Below, in pieces: positions 40,130 through 53,530 of a DNA stretch of 64,000 nucleotides. Every line of letters begins with the position of its first letter. The stretch's first letter is position 1. The translations under genes were made by a program, and so were the position numbers. This stretch comes from Octopus vulgaris (lineage: Eukaryota), in assembly GCA_951406725.2 (NCBI GenBank), contig OX597826.1:46748001-46812000 (forward strand). The letters are read 5' to 3'. A model generated the notes under the pieces. The model was given only the letters and a program-made list of their open reading frames with translations, did no database searches and was not told where the DNA came from.

Positions 40130-41372
40130 TATAAATCTAATATTTTCCTATCCTTCCTTAATACCGGTTCTCATATGCTACTCATATCTGCACTAGGTCT
40201 GCTTAGGAGGTTATTACGTCCAAGTATATGTGTTGCTTCTTTTAGTTTTCGTATTTTCCAGTGGTGTTCCCTGTCTATTATTTTAACTTCATCTCACAGG
40301 AAGAAGTGGTCTCCGTTTTTCCATACATGATCAGCTATAGCCGATTTATCAATATCTCGTCGTTTCACTGCTTTTTCGATATTCCTCTACCCTTATTTTG
40401 AGGAGGCGGCATGGGATGGAATGCACGCAGTCTTTGGTCATATTCTCTACTATTATTGGTTTTACTCGAAGGAGATATCTGCGAAGTGTTGTATTACTCT
40501 TGAATACTGTCCTAACATCATATGGACCGCATATCTTTTGTATCTTTTCGGAGAGGCCTTTCACATAGGGTAGACAGACTGAGGTCAGTTTATGGGTTTC
40601 ATCCTCTCTTCTCTTCACAATTGGAGTGGATAGTATGTTTTGGGGGTAGTTGTTGCTTAATAGATTGTTACTTAGCTTGATAATTTTTTCGTGGTGTGTA
40701 TCACGATCATTCTTTGCTTGATGTTTTAGGCACTGAGCAATCCCTCCCTTTACACTGTATGGATGGTGGGAATTCAAGCTGAGGTATCGTCCAGTGAAGG
40801 TCGGCTTGCGATATACTGATGTCCTGGATCCATACTTGTTGCGTGATATTATTATGACTAGGAATGCTAGCTGATTGTCTTTCTCCTTTCCCATTGTAAT
40901 CTGTATGGATGGCTTTATTGAGTTCACATGATCTAGCAGTACTTGGACATCATCCTGGTGGGGCCAGAGTATAAAGGTGTTATCAACATATCGCAGCTAT
41001 AGTGTTGGTGTTAGTGGTGTTGATCCTAAAACCAAATTCTCATTGTATTCCATGTATATATTGGCTATTATCAGTGATAATGGCGAACCCATAGCGAAAC
41101 CCTCTTCCTGTCGATATATATTAGTGTCCATTCTGAAGTAGGTAGTTTCTACACAGAAGGTCAACATTTCTACCAAGTTTCCTATTGGTATACTAGTGCG
41201 TTCTTTTAGATGGGTGTCTGTCACCAGTTTTTCTTGAATCACCGATAATCCTTCATCAGGTGGGACTTTGGTGAACACATATCACATCTAGACGCACCAT
41301 CTGGTGGGATCCAATGGGGGTAACCTTGATCAATTCTGTGAAGTGGAGAGAATATCGGATGTTATTATACAC
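40130..41372 (-). pseudogene. Penelope reverse transcriptase plus GIY-YIG endonuclease (stops, frameshifts, deletion)
   Basis: Motifs MVRLDV..FTKVP, YRQEEGFAMGSPLS, LRYVDNTF, VYRKPTFTGRYL...SHHP, LPYVKGLSEKI, CVHSIPC (YIG segment missing), SAIADHVW, RKLKEATHI. ORFs 40997-41278 and 40349-40927 are in frame across one stop. Confidence 0.9.
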
Positions 41373-41489
41373 CGCTGGTCACAATGCGCTTCATCGCATT
41401 GCTATGGCTTACGAATAATGCTAGCTCGATGGCTAAACGCATATTCTAAGACTACTCCGCTGAACGGAAGGTCTGTAAGTCGTTGCGTT

Positions 41490-41722
41490 ACTCATTTGCA
41501 CCTGCGTGGAGGTGGCCAATGTGAAATGTTTCCTGAGCTCAGGAACATGATGCACTGTTGGTGTGGGAATCGAAACCACGGTCTTGTGATCGTGAGTGCA
41601 ACGCCCCACCCACAAAATCAAGTGCCTACACACACACACACACACAAGCACAAGCACACACACAAACACGTGTGTTTTAAGTTTTATATATATATATATG
41701 TTATATATATATATAGATAGAT

Positions 41723-41777
<55 letters not shown>

Positions 41778-41962
41778 TAAAGGCAAAGGCCGCTACAGCT
41801 TGGCACCTGTGACGTTGCAACTCATTTCTACAGCTGAGTTAGCTTGAGCAACGTGAAATAAAGTGTCTTGCTCAAGAACGCAACACAGAGCCTGGTCCGG
41901 GACTCGAACTCACAACCTCGCGTTGGTAAGCTCGACGCTCTAACCATTGAGCCATTCGCCTT
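41490..41962 (-). mobile_element. two SINE family C fragments (41490-41610 old; 41782-41962 younger)
   Basis: GCAACTCATTTCTACAGCTGAG...CTCGACGCTCTAACCATTGAGCCAT matches 47540-47680. Confidence 0.8.
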
Positions 41963-41994
41963 CTCACACACACACGCACACACACACACACACT

Positions 41995-42038
<44 letters not shown>

Positions 42039-42264
42039 TAAATATGCATGCGTATGTGTATAAATGTGTGTATGTTTGTGTGTGTGCGCGCGCAAAGACT
42101 ATTAATAAAGGTATGTATGCGTGTTTATGTGTCTGTACAGATGTGTTTGTTGCTCCTGTATGAATCGTTTCTCATCTGGTAAAAATGCAATCTGACAATT
42201 GAATGCAAATGTCAACATTTTACCGAATCGTTCATGTCACAGCGTCCTAGCAAAACCGGTGTTT

Positions 42265-42705
42265 TACTACTACTACTACTACTAATACTACTACTACTAC
42301 TACCAACCCCAACCCCACCAAACCCCACCCCACCACCACCACCACCACCACCACTACTACTACTACTACTGCCACTCCCACCACCTCAACTCCCCACTAC
42401 TATAACTACATCCACCACCACCACAACCATCATCATTACTACTACTACTACCACCTCCGCCATTACCACCACCACCATCACCACCACTACCTCCACCACC
42501 TTCACCATCACCACCACCCGCAAGCCACTACCGCCACCACCACCAACACAACCAACACCACCAACACCACCACCAACACCACCACCACTACCATCATCAT
42601 TACTACTACTACTACTACTACCACCACCGCCACCACCATACCACCACTACCACCACCACCACCACCACCACCACCACCGCCGCCACCGCCACCACCATTA
42701 CTATG
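42265..42705. repeat. (ACT)n/(ACC)n low-complexity tract
   Basis: Seen directly. Confidence 0.9.
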
Positions 42706-43080
42706 ACTGCTGCCTCCGTTTTGCTTCTGTTATTGCTGCTGTTGCCGTTATTGTTAAACCCAACACACATTGTATTTTATAACAACATGTGTTTAGCACA
42801 TGTATTTTCTAAAATCTGCGGGAAATTTTCGCCAGAATATTCCATCATAAATCACAGGAACATCAAATATGTTGCGATTGAGGCCCTGATTCTACACGTT
42901 CAATTGCCTGTGGTACTACAGAACATGATATATTCCTTGTAATATATACTATATGATTTATGATACATACCTTATAAAATACATTACTATATAAAATATG
43001 ATATACGCAATATATGATATAATACATATTACATAAAATATGATATATGCTATATAAAATATAATATGTACTGTATAATA

Positions 43081-43252
43081 CGAGGGGTGCTGTAAAGTTC
43101 CTGGCTTTAAGGGTAGGCCCAACCTTCCGAGTTGTTTTACGGGGCTTAGAAAAATTGAAGGATCGCTGCAATAAGTGTGTGAATCTAAAAGGGAAATATG
43201 TTGAATAAAATTCTAATTGACAGATCTTCCAGTATTTTCTTTTACCCAAAGC
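43081..43252 (+). mobile_element. internally deleted mariner derivative
   Basis: TA then CGAGGGGTGCTGTAAAGTTCCTGGCTTT TIR, joined to a transposase C-terminus GLEKLKDRCNKCVNLKGKYVE*; right TIR truncated. Confidence 0.7.
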
Positions 43253-44284
43253 AATAAACTTATTTCCTTTCTAAACAAAGTATATATTCTATCAGGCACT
43301 TTTTGCCGAACTGCTAATTTAGGAGGAGGATTAAAACCAACACCAGTTGTCAAGCGGCGGTAGGGGCCAAACACAAACCCAAAAGCAATCACTAAATATT
43401 TATAGATTTTATTACCAATTTGGAATTCTTCTGATGTATGTAATCTTTTTGTATCCTTCATTCGTCTAATAAGATTCGCTCGCTCAGTAAATATTTCTTT
43501 CATTTTTTGTCGCAGTTTTAATTTCTCTTTCTTTTAAGCAAACTTAAGGGTGGTCTATCCTCTGTGTGATCATTTATTATGCTAAAAATTGCAGGGATCG
43601 CGTTGTTATAATCTGAGGTCTATAGCATACAAATCAGCCATATCAACAAATTCACCACCGATGTTTGTCTTCTTCCAGTTATGCCGAGATAGCGATTTTA
43701 GATTACCTCAATTGACCATTCATCTGACTTTCCGATATTTGGAAAGGTGTTCAGATTAAGGAAGCTCTAGTAGACGTTGGCGTAATTTGAAATCAATTTC
43801 AGATTTACGCCACAAATCCTTTCCTAAAATTTCGCCATATTTGTGTCAGATAATGTGCATTTTCTGAGTGTGTTTATGCATTAGGTACACGTGTATCAAA
43901 CATAAAAAAAAAAGAATTCTGATCGTACACTTCGTTGGTTAAAACTGAAATATATGCATTTAAAGCGTACGTAAATATATTTTTTGTATAATAATTGTGT
44001 ATGAATATAATATATATTGTATATATGAATATATTTCGTTTGCATTTAAAACGTATGGGAAGAAAATTCGTGTTTTATAATATGTATTTCGATCACTTGT
44101 TTTCTTTAAAACGTTTTTAAAAATAAAATTGCACACTCAGAATGACTCATGCTAAAGTGTCTTACTTTTCAAGGCATCATGAAAGTGTAGAGCAATGTAC
44201 TGGGAAAATATTCACATTGAAAAGCTCACTGTTATTTCTAAGCGATTCCTTTTCTGTCGTCGTCATATATTTTTGTCCTGAAAT

Positions 44285-44866
44285 ACTGGTTTCAAATTTC
44301 GGAACAACGCCGGCAGTTTCGGGTCGAGGGTAATTCTATTCTGATGACTTCGGTGGTCAACTGGTACTTATCTTACCGAACCCAAAAGGATGAAAGGAAT
44401 TATCAACATCAGCGGAATCTGAATTCAGAACTTGAAGATTGACATAATCCCTATTTCTTTACTACCCACAAGGGGCTAAACACAGAGGGGACAAACAAGG
44501 ATAGACAAACGGATTAAGTCGATTACATCGACCCCAGTGCATAACTGGTACTTAATTTATCGACCCCGAAAGGATGAAAGGCAAAGTCGATCTCGGCAGA
44601 ATTTGAACTCAGAACGTAGCTGTAGACGAAATACCTATTTCTTTACAACCCACAAGGGGCTAAACACAGAGGGGACAAACAAGGAGAGACAAACGGATTA
44701 AGTCGATTATATCGACCCCAGTGCGTAACTGGTACTTATTTAATCGACTCCGAAAGGATGAAAGGCAAAGTCGACCTCGGCGAATTTGAACTCACAACGT
44801 AGCGGCAGACGAAATACAGCAAAGCATTTCCCCCGGCGTGCTAACGTTTCTGCCTGCTCGCCACCT
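44285..44866 (-). mobile_element. SINE family A, trimeric
   Basis: Three cores and two linkers (CTATTTCTTTAC...CCACAAGGGGCTAAACACAG), head ending near 44866. Confidence 0.9.
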
Positions 44867-45361
44867 TGTTGCTCTACAATATTAGTTGTAATATGTATTA
44901 ATAACTTAACACATATTTAAATACACATTTACTGATGTACGGAGATGGAAATGATATTTCTATTCCCGTTCCTCATACGAACAGTAATCATACAAACAGT
45001 ACACGAACAGTAGAAGTTTCAGCAAAAGAATTATATATCGGAAATACACAAAGAAGAGGAGAGACGAAAGGCAATAACAGGTTAGAAAATGCTGTCTCAG
45101 CTTAAAATTTTAAAAAACGTCGGCAACGAATAAAAACTAATCGTTTAGTTGAAAATAAATTTGAAAACCTTATTATGATAAAAGTATATAAAAATTGGAA
45201 TTTAATAAAAAAGACTCTAGGAGTATTTAATAATTGCTTTGTTTAGTAAAAGTTGCATTACATAATTCTAGTGAATTAATAAACAATTTTTTTCCGTTAT
45301 AGTATAGCTCTACATATAAACAAGCATACAGACATACATACATACGAACATACATACAAAC

Positions 45362-45670
<309 letters not shown>

Positions 45671-46809
45671 TATATATATACATATACATATATAAATATG
45701 TGTGCGTATGTATATATGTATGCACGTATGTATGTTGTTCGCATGTATGTGTGTATGTATGTTTGTATGTATGTATGCTTGTATGTACGCAGATCTATAC
45801 TATAACGGAAATGATTTATTAATTATATATACATAATTATATATAGATAATTAAATGTAAATAAATTCATATGTATGTATACAAATTTCATGTTTTGAGT
45901 TGGGTAAAATAATTGACGACTTACTTGCAATTCTTATGTTAATCTGATTTTGATCCTCAGTTTCTCATACTGAGCTAAGTACTCATTATTTTTTGTACAC
46001 ACATATTGTTGATAATGTGAAAAAGCAATAAATAGAAAAATTTGAAAATACTTTTCTTATGCTCAAAATACAGCAGAGCAGATAAACCCATCGACAAATA
46101 CATCTGATTACATAGGATTCTATTTATTGCGCCACTAGAGTGTAAAAGAAAAGAATTCTTTCCTTAATACTGGTTATTATGATATGAGTATTGTTTGTTG
46201 TTTAGCGTGAAACTGCGTCACATTCCACGCGAAACACTTTAAATATCTCTTTCACTTCACCTCACAATTTCAGTTCAGTTTCCTTTCGACTGTTTCGCAG
46301 GATTAATTAAGCAGAACCGAAGTATTTAAAATGGCACGTTTCATTTTGGTAACAGAATATAAAAAACAACAACAACAACAACAACAACAAAAAAAAAACC
46401 CCAGAGAAGTCAGGCATAAAAATTAAACAACACAACGTAAACACGACAAAGATTAAGAGACGCAGAACAAATAATTAAACAACAATTAAACAATGCAAAT
46501 TAAGAACAAACTAAAAACAAAATTATAATGAAGTCAAAGGAAATAGTTGGAATATTTCTCTGTTCCAGATACATCATTTAGCGTTCTGTTTAAGGCTTAC
46601 AGTTGACTTCTTTCTGGAAAATTAGATGCTATATCATTGAATGCAGAAACAATATACCTGCAAATAGATGCCATAAGCATTGATGCGTCGAACAAAATTC
46701 CTTGTGATACTTGGTTACATTCTCAATTTAAATCGCGTCCAATTTCATATGGTTTTTCTCTTTTCATTATCCATGTAATAAATACTTGTCTTTGGTTCTC
46801 AACACCTTA

Positions 46810-47160
46810 ATGATGTCGTTGGAGCGCCGTCTTCACATAGGGCGTGTCGTTGGGCGCGACAGCACATACTGGTTTACCCCCGCCACATCATGCTGGGCCC
46901 GTACCCCTTTGAGCAACACTTAGTTTCACTCATCCGTCCACAAACACTCTCCAAGCTTTCCTATCATTTATAAACTCTCTTGCTTCTCTCACTCCAACAC
47001 CTCTAACCAAAGCTATCCTCATTCCATCCATCCACTGGTTCCGCTAGTTCTACTCCATCTATCCTTTGGTTCTGCTGCCTACCACATCTGCCTTCATCAC
47101 CCTCTTTACCATCTGCTCCTCATCCATCCTCTCCATGGTTCAAACCACCTCAACATTCGT
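46810..47160 (-). mobile_element. RTE-clade LINE 3' fragment
   Basis: Minus-strand translation RMLRWF..MERMDEEQMVKRVMKADVVGSR...WMDGM...DRKAWRVFVDG* is typical of RTE C-termini. Confidence 0.75.
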
Positions 47161-47344
47161 CTTTTTTTTAAAGATTAGTACTGCTTGTATCGGGTTCTCT
47201 TTGCCGAGTAGCTAGGTTGCAGGACGTTAACAAACCAACGTCAGTTGCTATGCACTGAGGGAGAAATTCAAAAACACGTCTGTTTGTGAATGTGTGTGTG
47301 TACGTGTGTATGTGTGCGTATATATAAATATATATATATATATT

Positions 47345-47688
47345 TTTTTTTTTTTAGACCCCCTTCGGTCATGAATGACCATGGGATTGCACCTAGAAAG
47401 TTATCCTCCTAGACACAAGTCCGGGCAAGGTTGTTTATGGAAGGCCAGCAGTCGCCCATGCATACCAGCCTTCCCTCTCCACGCCACCAGTGTTATCCAA
47501 GGGAAAGACAAAGGTCGATACAGCTTGGCACCAGTGACGTCGCAACTCATTTCTACAGCTGAGTGAACTGGAGCAACGTGAAATAAAGTGCCTTGCTCGA
47601 GAACACAACACGCAGCCCGGTCCGGGATTCGAGCTCACAACCTCACGATCGTAAGCTCGACGCTCTAACCACTGAGCCATGCGCCTTC
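47345..47688 (-). mobile_element. SINE family C, full length
   Basis: Head GGCGCATGGCTCAGTGGTTAGAGCG...CTCGAATCCC, CORE-like GAGCAAGGCACTTTATTTCAC, poly(A) tail. Confidence 0.9.
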
Positions 47689-47695
47689 ACACTGA

Positions 47696-47734
<39 letters not shown>

Positions 47735-47953
47735 GAAATTAAATAGGGAATAGGCCTGGGTATATATACATGTGTGTATGTGTGTATTTATTCGTAGATA
47801 GACGAATATATATACACACACACATACGCACACACACACACACACGCATGTGTCTTTGACTTTCTCATCGCATAGCAGCTGACGTAGGTTTGTTTACGTC
47901 CCGTAACCTAGCTACTCGGCAAAGAGAACCCGATGGAGTAAGTACTAATCTAA

Positions 47954-48169
47954 GGCGGTGAGCTAGCAGAAACCTTAGCACGCCGGGCGAAATGCTTAGC
48001 GATATTTCGCTTGTCTTTTCGTTCTGAGTTCAGATTCCGCCGAAATCGACTTTGCCTTTCATCATTACAGGGTCGATAAATTAAGTACCATTTGCGTACT
48101 GGGGTCGATCTAATCGACTTGCTCCCCACCCACAAAAAATGCGGGATTAATGCCTAGAGTAGAAAAGAA
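47954..48169 (+). mobile_element. SINE family A, monomeric
   Basis: Single core; TSD TAAGTACTAATCTA (47939-47952, 48170-48183); inserted in a SINE D tail remnant. Confidence 0.9.
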
Positions 48170-48614
48170 TAAGTACTAATCTATAAACACTTGATTGAAT
48201 AAACTCTTCATAGACGTGCCCTAGTATTGTTGCTGTCCAACGACTAAAACAAATAAAAGGATAACTGTTTTAAAAACGTAAACAGGTTTTATAATGAAAT
48301 ATTGGCATTAAATTCCAAATCTAGGTCTCTGCAAGTCTTGCAGGTCTCTATAAATACATTATAAATATAATTTGGTTATCAACCTCATGTCTTTCCTCCC
48401 AAATATGCCCCACTTATTGTTTACAAGTCTTTCAGTATAACTATGTATGTGTAGTCGTTATTAAATAGGAGTTTTTAGGTTATACTAAATGAGCTTTAGT
48501 GCTTACTAAAATTAAATAAAATTATACTGTGATAATTCTGATTTCATGTTCCAAGTTCAAATGCCTCCTGTGTCACCTTTGCATTCGTCCTTTCGCGGTC
48601 GATAGAATAGGTTG

Positions 48615-49950
48615 AGGAGTTGAAAGAGAAAGCTATCCCTAAAAAGGTCGGGCAGAGGTGGCTATCGCGTATAACGCGTATAACGCGTATATCGTGCTAG
48701 TCATCTATTATGGCTTGACCGTCGTGCCTTGTCCTGGCTACCGTCTGATTGCGCTGGAACGTATACTCTTCCTCTTCTTGAGGAAGGGACGTGTCCCGAT
48801 GGTTAGGCAGTCTATCTACCGTCCACACTCGTTGAGTGGTGGTCTGGGCATGTCGTGGTTGATGTTGTGCAGACATGCATTGAGGCTACAACATCTCCAG
48901 TGCTTCCTTGACAGTAATCAGGTGTAGTTGCCGTTCTCCAGACACGTGTTTCTGAAGCTACTTTCTTTAACGGAGCTGCAGTCCTGGGTAAAAGAGAGAC
49001 CGAGGGGGAATCATTTGAAAAGTGGAATATCTTCAAGCGCTCACAGTCCTTAACCAGTCGAGCAGTGCGATAAGTGGAACGACTACTTTACCTTCTTATA
49101 GAGGATTAGTGGAGGAAAAGTACGACGACGTTCATGAGGGAGACAGACCTTGGGTGTGGAAGATCAACTAGCCGCTCTTTTCCGGAGAACTTTCGATGGA
49201 TAATTTTGAAAAATCTCTGGCCTGGCAGTGCTACCGGGGAATTTTGCCTGTTCGAGATAAAATTTTAAGAGAAGGAAATGCTGTTAAACGAGCATGTTCG
49301 AGATGCACGCAGGACGACGAGACGGTCTTGCATGCACTCGTTTAGTGCCCGAGCATTGCTGACCTGTGGGTTTATGTCGAATACCAGGCTGTCGCGTGTG
49401 GGACGGATCCGGCTGTCAACTGAATCCGTCGTAAAGATCCCCTTCCTTTTTATGGAGAAGTAAAGGCTGTGTTTATATGCCAGATGGCGATGGCGAAAGA
49501 AATTGTAAGGTGGCTGAGATTGAAGGGTCTGAAGACAAACACTTTTCTCTTTGTCCAATCCCTGAGGAACTTCTTCAAGATTCACTTGAAAAGGAAAGTA
49601 AGGGTAGAGATGATAGTGTTGTCTTCTAGCCAGTTTGCTGAAAGGTGGATGAAAGTGGCGGGAATGGTGCGGGTGAACGCGCCTGTAGTTAGAAAAAAAG
49701 GAAAGGAAAAAAGGCACCTGCCCCAAAAGTCAGGCTACCCATGGTTTTTTAATGGGATTTTTCCATGAGCAGCCCTCGAATGTCTCCTTCCTATTGAGAA
49801 TCACACATTGTTGATTTTAAAACTTTTTTGTTGGTCTTGTTTACACACAAAACCCTCACGGTAACACCCACTCACGCATTCTTTGTTTTGTTCTGTACTG
49901 TTCATAATGTTTTTTTCTGAATGTAATACTTTATGGTTAACAAAGAAACC
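48615..49950 (+). mobile_element. Tx1/L1-clade LINE, 5'-truncated, decayed ORF2 C-terminus
   Basis: RKLSLKGRAEV..VIYYGLTVVPCP..FLFLRKGRVPMVR..GGLG..ALRLQHL; KSLAWQCYRGILPVRD; zinc-knuckle remnant C.RC..DDETVLHALV.C; FAERWMKVA. Confidence 0.8.
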
Positions 49951-50026
49951 ATCGCCATCATCATCGTCGTCAACATCGTCATCATCGTCGTCATCACCAT
50001 CATCACCATCACCATCATCATCATCA

Positions 50027-50064
<38 letters not shown>

Positions 50065-50095
50065 GTCGTCGTCATCGTCATCATCATCGTCATCG

Positions 50096-50139
<44 letters not shown>

Positions 50140-50212
50140 GTCGTCGTCATCGTCATCGTCATCTTCATCGTCGTCGTCATCATCATCGTCATCGTCATCG
50201 TCATTATCATCG

Positions 50213-50252
<40 letters not shown>

Positions 50253-50263
50253 TATTATTATTA
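49950..50263. repeat. (ATC)n/(GTC)n microsatellite at the LINE 3' end
   Basis: Seen directly. Confidence 0.95.
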
Positions 50264-50964
50264 TTTCAAATTCTGGTAACCCGAGAGCAAAAACTTAGAA
50301 AACTGCTAACGGATGAAGTGATAATATTTGTACCAAACAAACAATTAGTCCTAGATAACAATAGCTTTATGTCAACGTCCTAACGACGACGGGAAACAAC
50401 GAAGATCAGTTTTCAACACTTCTCCGATTTCATCACAAATTAATATTTTTGTTTCATTTTGTTTTAACGTCGACGCCATAAAAATATAATAAAATTACAC
50501 ACACAAAAAAAATATACGAAACTAAACAACACAACGAAAACCTATAAGACGTCAGTAAATAGAGTTCAGCTGACAAGCACGATGTAATTTATAACTGTTG
50601 TTATTGCAGATCTCGTACCCACTGTTGTTGTTGCTACCGTTAGTCGTGGCTTTTGCTCCGTTGCACTTGTTAACAATGCATATTTGAAACTTTGAGAATA
50701 ACAAAGGTTTCGTTAAATAAAGTTGTTACAGAAGATTTCCACCAGGCAGTTTAGCTATACTGTATGTCTTAACATATTGTAAATTTATTCAACGACAAAA
50801 GCAACAGAAGCCACAACAACAGAAACAGAATATAAAAAAAAACTATAACTATGATATATGAGATACAACCAATACTTTCCCAACATTACATTATTAAACA
50901 TTACAATCACTACCCAATCCTTTTTCCTTCCCTTTTCTCCCTCCCCTCTCTATGTATGACTTTT

Positions 50965-51445
50965 CTTTAAATTTTATTTAAGTACTTTAGAGAGTTCAAG
51001 CCGGTCGCTAATAAAGTGACAAGGCTTTTTGAGTGAAGAGAGTTCCTAGTGTTTGTAAATATGTGGTCGAGTTGCTGAGTTGGTTGAACTGTAGATGCAT
51101 ACACTCAAGTGTTTGCATCTATTCGCATAAAAATCTCAGATGAAGAATTTTTGGAATGTCTTAGAAATCTTCACTGTGCCACTAATAGATTGGATTCGGG
51201 GAACGTGTGTCAGTTTCTAGTTTCTTTTCCTTTTTCTCCGTGAAACCGAGTGTTTCTAAGTGTTTGTGCAAATTTATTGGTACAAAACCTGATGCAACTA
51301 TGATGATAGCTACAAATGAGAATTCATAATCCGGGTACAAGACCTCTAAGTTCTGTATTATTTCGCCATAAATGTTCTCTTTTTCCTCGATCTTTGATTG
51401 TACATTCGCATCGGCTAGGTAACTGACCGCTACAACAGTGCAGGA
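50965..51445 (-). mobile_element. R4/Dong-type LINE 3' fragment (restriction-like endonuclease end plus 3' UTR)
   Basis: Minus-strand translation CTVVAVSYLADANVQSKIEEKENIYGEIIQNLEVLYPDYEFSFVAIIIVASGFVPINLHKHLETLGF...IQSISGTVKISKTFQKF. Confidence 0.75.
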
Positions 51446-51578
51446 AACACTACGTATATACGCATGTATATACGTATGTATATATGAGTGTATATATGTA
51501 TGAATGTACGTAAATATGAATGCGTCTATTTATTTACCTTTCTCTCTGTCTCTCTCTCCCTATATATATGTATGTATA

Positions 51579-51646
<68 letters not shown>

Positions 51647-51648
<2 letters not shown>

Positions 51649-52104
51649 CGAGCAAAACGTCCCCGCGTCCAATGGACGGTGCTGAGTTGTCAAACATTTA
51701 AAACAAATTTTCTCAAAACAGCATGTCCGACCGTCCCAAAGGCCTCTCCTTTGAGAAACACTGATTTAACCTAAATTTGAGATACCGGCAAAAGAAGAAA
51801 TAGAGATAGACATTTTTTCTATTACAAAGATAAACGACTTTATTCACACAAATATGCAACCGAAGAGTTTGAAGTACAAGTAAGTACATCGCAACAGCTG
51901 ATGTACTTGCGCGTACAAATGCACGTTCCCACGGCTTTATCGATCGCATTCTTACCTGGAATCGATTTTTGTAATTTTTTCAAGACTTATATACACGCCC
52001 TGATACAGTCGGTATCTACATATCAAGTTTGAGCGCAATCGGATGGAAGCTGCCCGAGATCCTAGAAGACACACACACAGACAGACAGAACGGATTTTAC
52101 ATTA

Positions 52105-52115
<11 letters not shown>
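51647..52115 (-). mobile_element. probable non-autonomous Helitron-like element
   Basis: Sub-terminal hairpin CGTCC-AAT-GGACG near a CTAG-like end (CGAG); the opposite end has ACAGACAGAC...TTATATTTATA, as in 36048-36553. Confidence 0.55.
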
Positions 52116-52168
<53 letters not shown>

Positions 52169-52664
52169 CATACACACACACACACATATATATATGCATA
52201 CACATACATAAACATACCAGTTTAGTGTTGGCTGTCGGTAAGAAAGAACTCAATAGCATTTTAGAGATTAATGGCGTACATATTTGATATAGTTAACGAT
52301 AGAAAGACAGAGAGACAGACAGAGAAACAGAGAGATAGACTGATAGACAGTTAGCTAGAGGACGAGAGGCTGAGAGATATGAGGAGAAAGAAAGCACTAA
52401 TATTGCGCGCGCGTGTCTGTGTGTGTGTTCATACATATGCACTTGCTCAAATCGTTTAATTCTAGTCAGAAATGTGAAACCTCTCATTATAACCATGGGC
52501 ATGATTTAGTGACACTTTAAATGGAAATTAGTAAGTTGTAAGAAAATGAATGGCATTATACGTATGATGGTTGCTACAAACATTACAAGTACAACACACA
52601 TGCGCACTCGTACAATAATTCTTTGTCACCAGGTACACAAACACATACATAAACTAATCACACG

Positions 52665-52670
52665 TGTATA

Positions 52671-52759
<89 letters not shown>

Positions 52760-52954
52760 GCATATGTATATGTATATGTGTATATATATGCGTGTGTGTG
52801 TATGTCCATATAAATCGTATGATCTATGGTGTCCTCTTTCACCTTTCCTGTTTTTTCTTCATATATATATACGTCTGTGTGTATGTATGTGTGTATATTC
52901 GCATGTATAACATCTTCATAGAAAATTTACGTATATATGCTATAACGAATGAGT

Positions 52955-52987
<33 letters not shown>

Positions 52988-53232
52988 CGTTGCACGCATA
53001 CACAAATTTGCCTACATGAATACACACATATACATGCTTATATATAATCTATGTGTATACACACACTCTTGTACATTTACGTACATCCAAATACATGCGT
53101 ATATATATACATGCATATATGAATGTATGCATGTATGTGAGTGTGTATGTATGTGTGTGCATATATATATGTATGTGTGAATATTCATATATATATACAT
53201 ATATATATATATAAATATATACATATGTATGT

Positions 53233-53272
<40 letters not shown>

Positions 53273-53377
53273 GCATATATAAAGATATATGTAGATATGT
53301 ATATATATATATGTATATATGTATATATATGTATATATGTATATATATATATACATATATACATATATATGTATACA

Positions 53378-53414
<37 letters not shown>

Positions 53415-53530
53415 GCATATATAAAGATATATGTAGATATATATATATGTATATATGTATAGATATGTATATACATTTATTCGTATATAAACGCATATAT
53501 GTGTGTATACATGTGTGCGTGTGTGTGTCT
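52665..53530. repeat. (TA)n/(TATG)n microsatellite field with an internal ~143-bp duplication
   Basis: ACATGCATATATAAAGATATATGTAGATAT occurs at about 53269 and 53411. Confidence 0.9.

Larger units (their letters stand above)
39700..41372 (-). mobile_element. Penelope-like retroelement, 5'-truncated and decayed
   Basis: Decayed RT/GIY-YIG ORF followed by a 3' terminal region carrying a hammerhead motif. Confidence 0.92.

Noticed and set aside
42234-42782. 182-aa Pro/Thr/His-rich ORF
   Set aside because: Made entirely of ACC/ACT repeats, with no domain or splice evidence.
49883-50383. Poly-Ser, poly-Met and poly-Ile ORFs
   Set aside because: Reading frames of the (ATC)n microsatellite.
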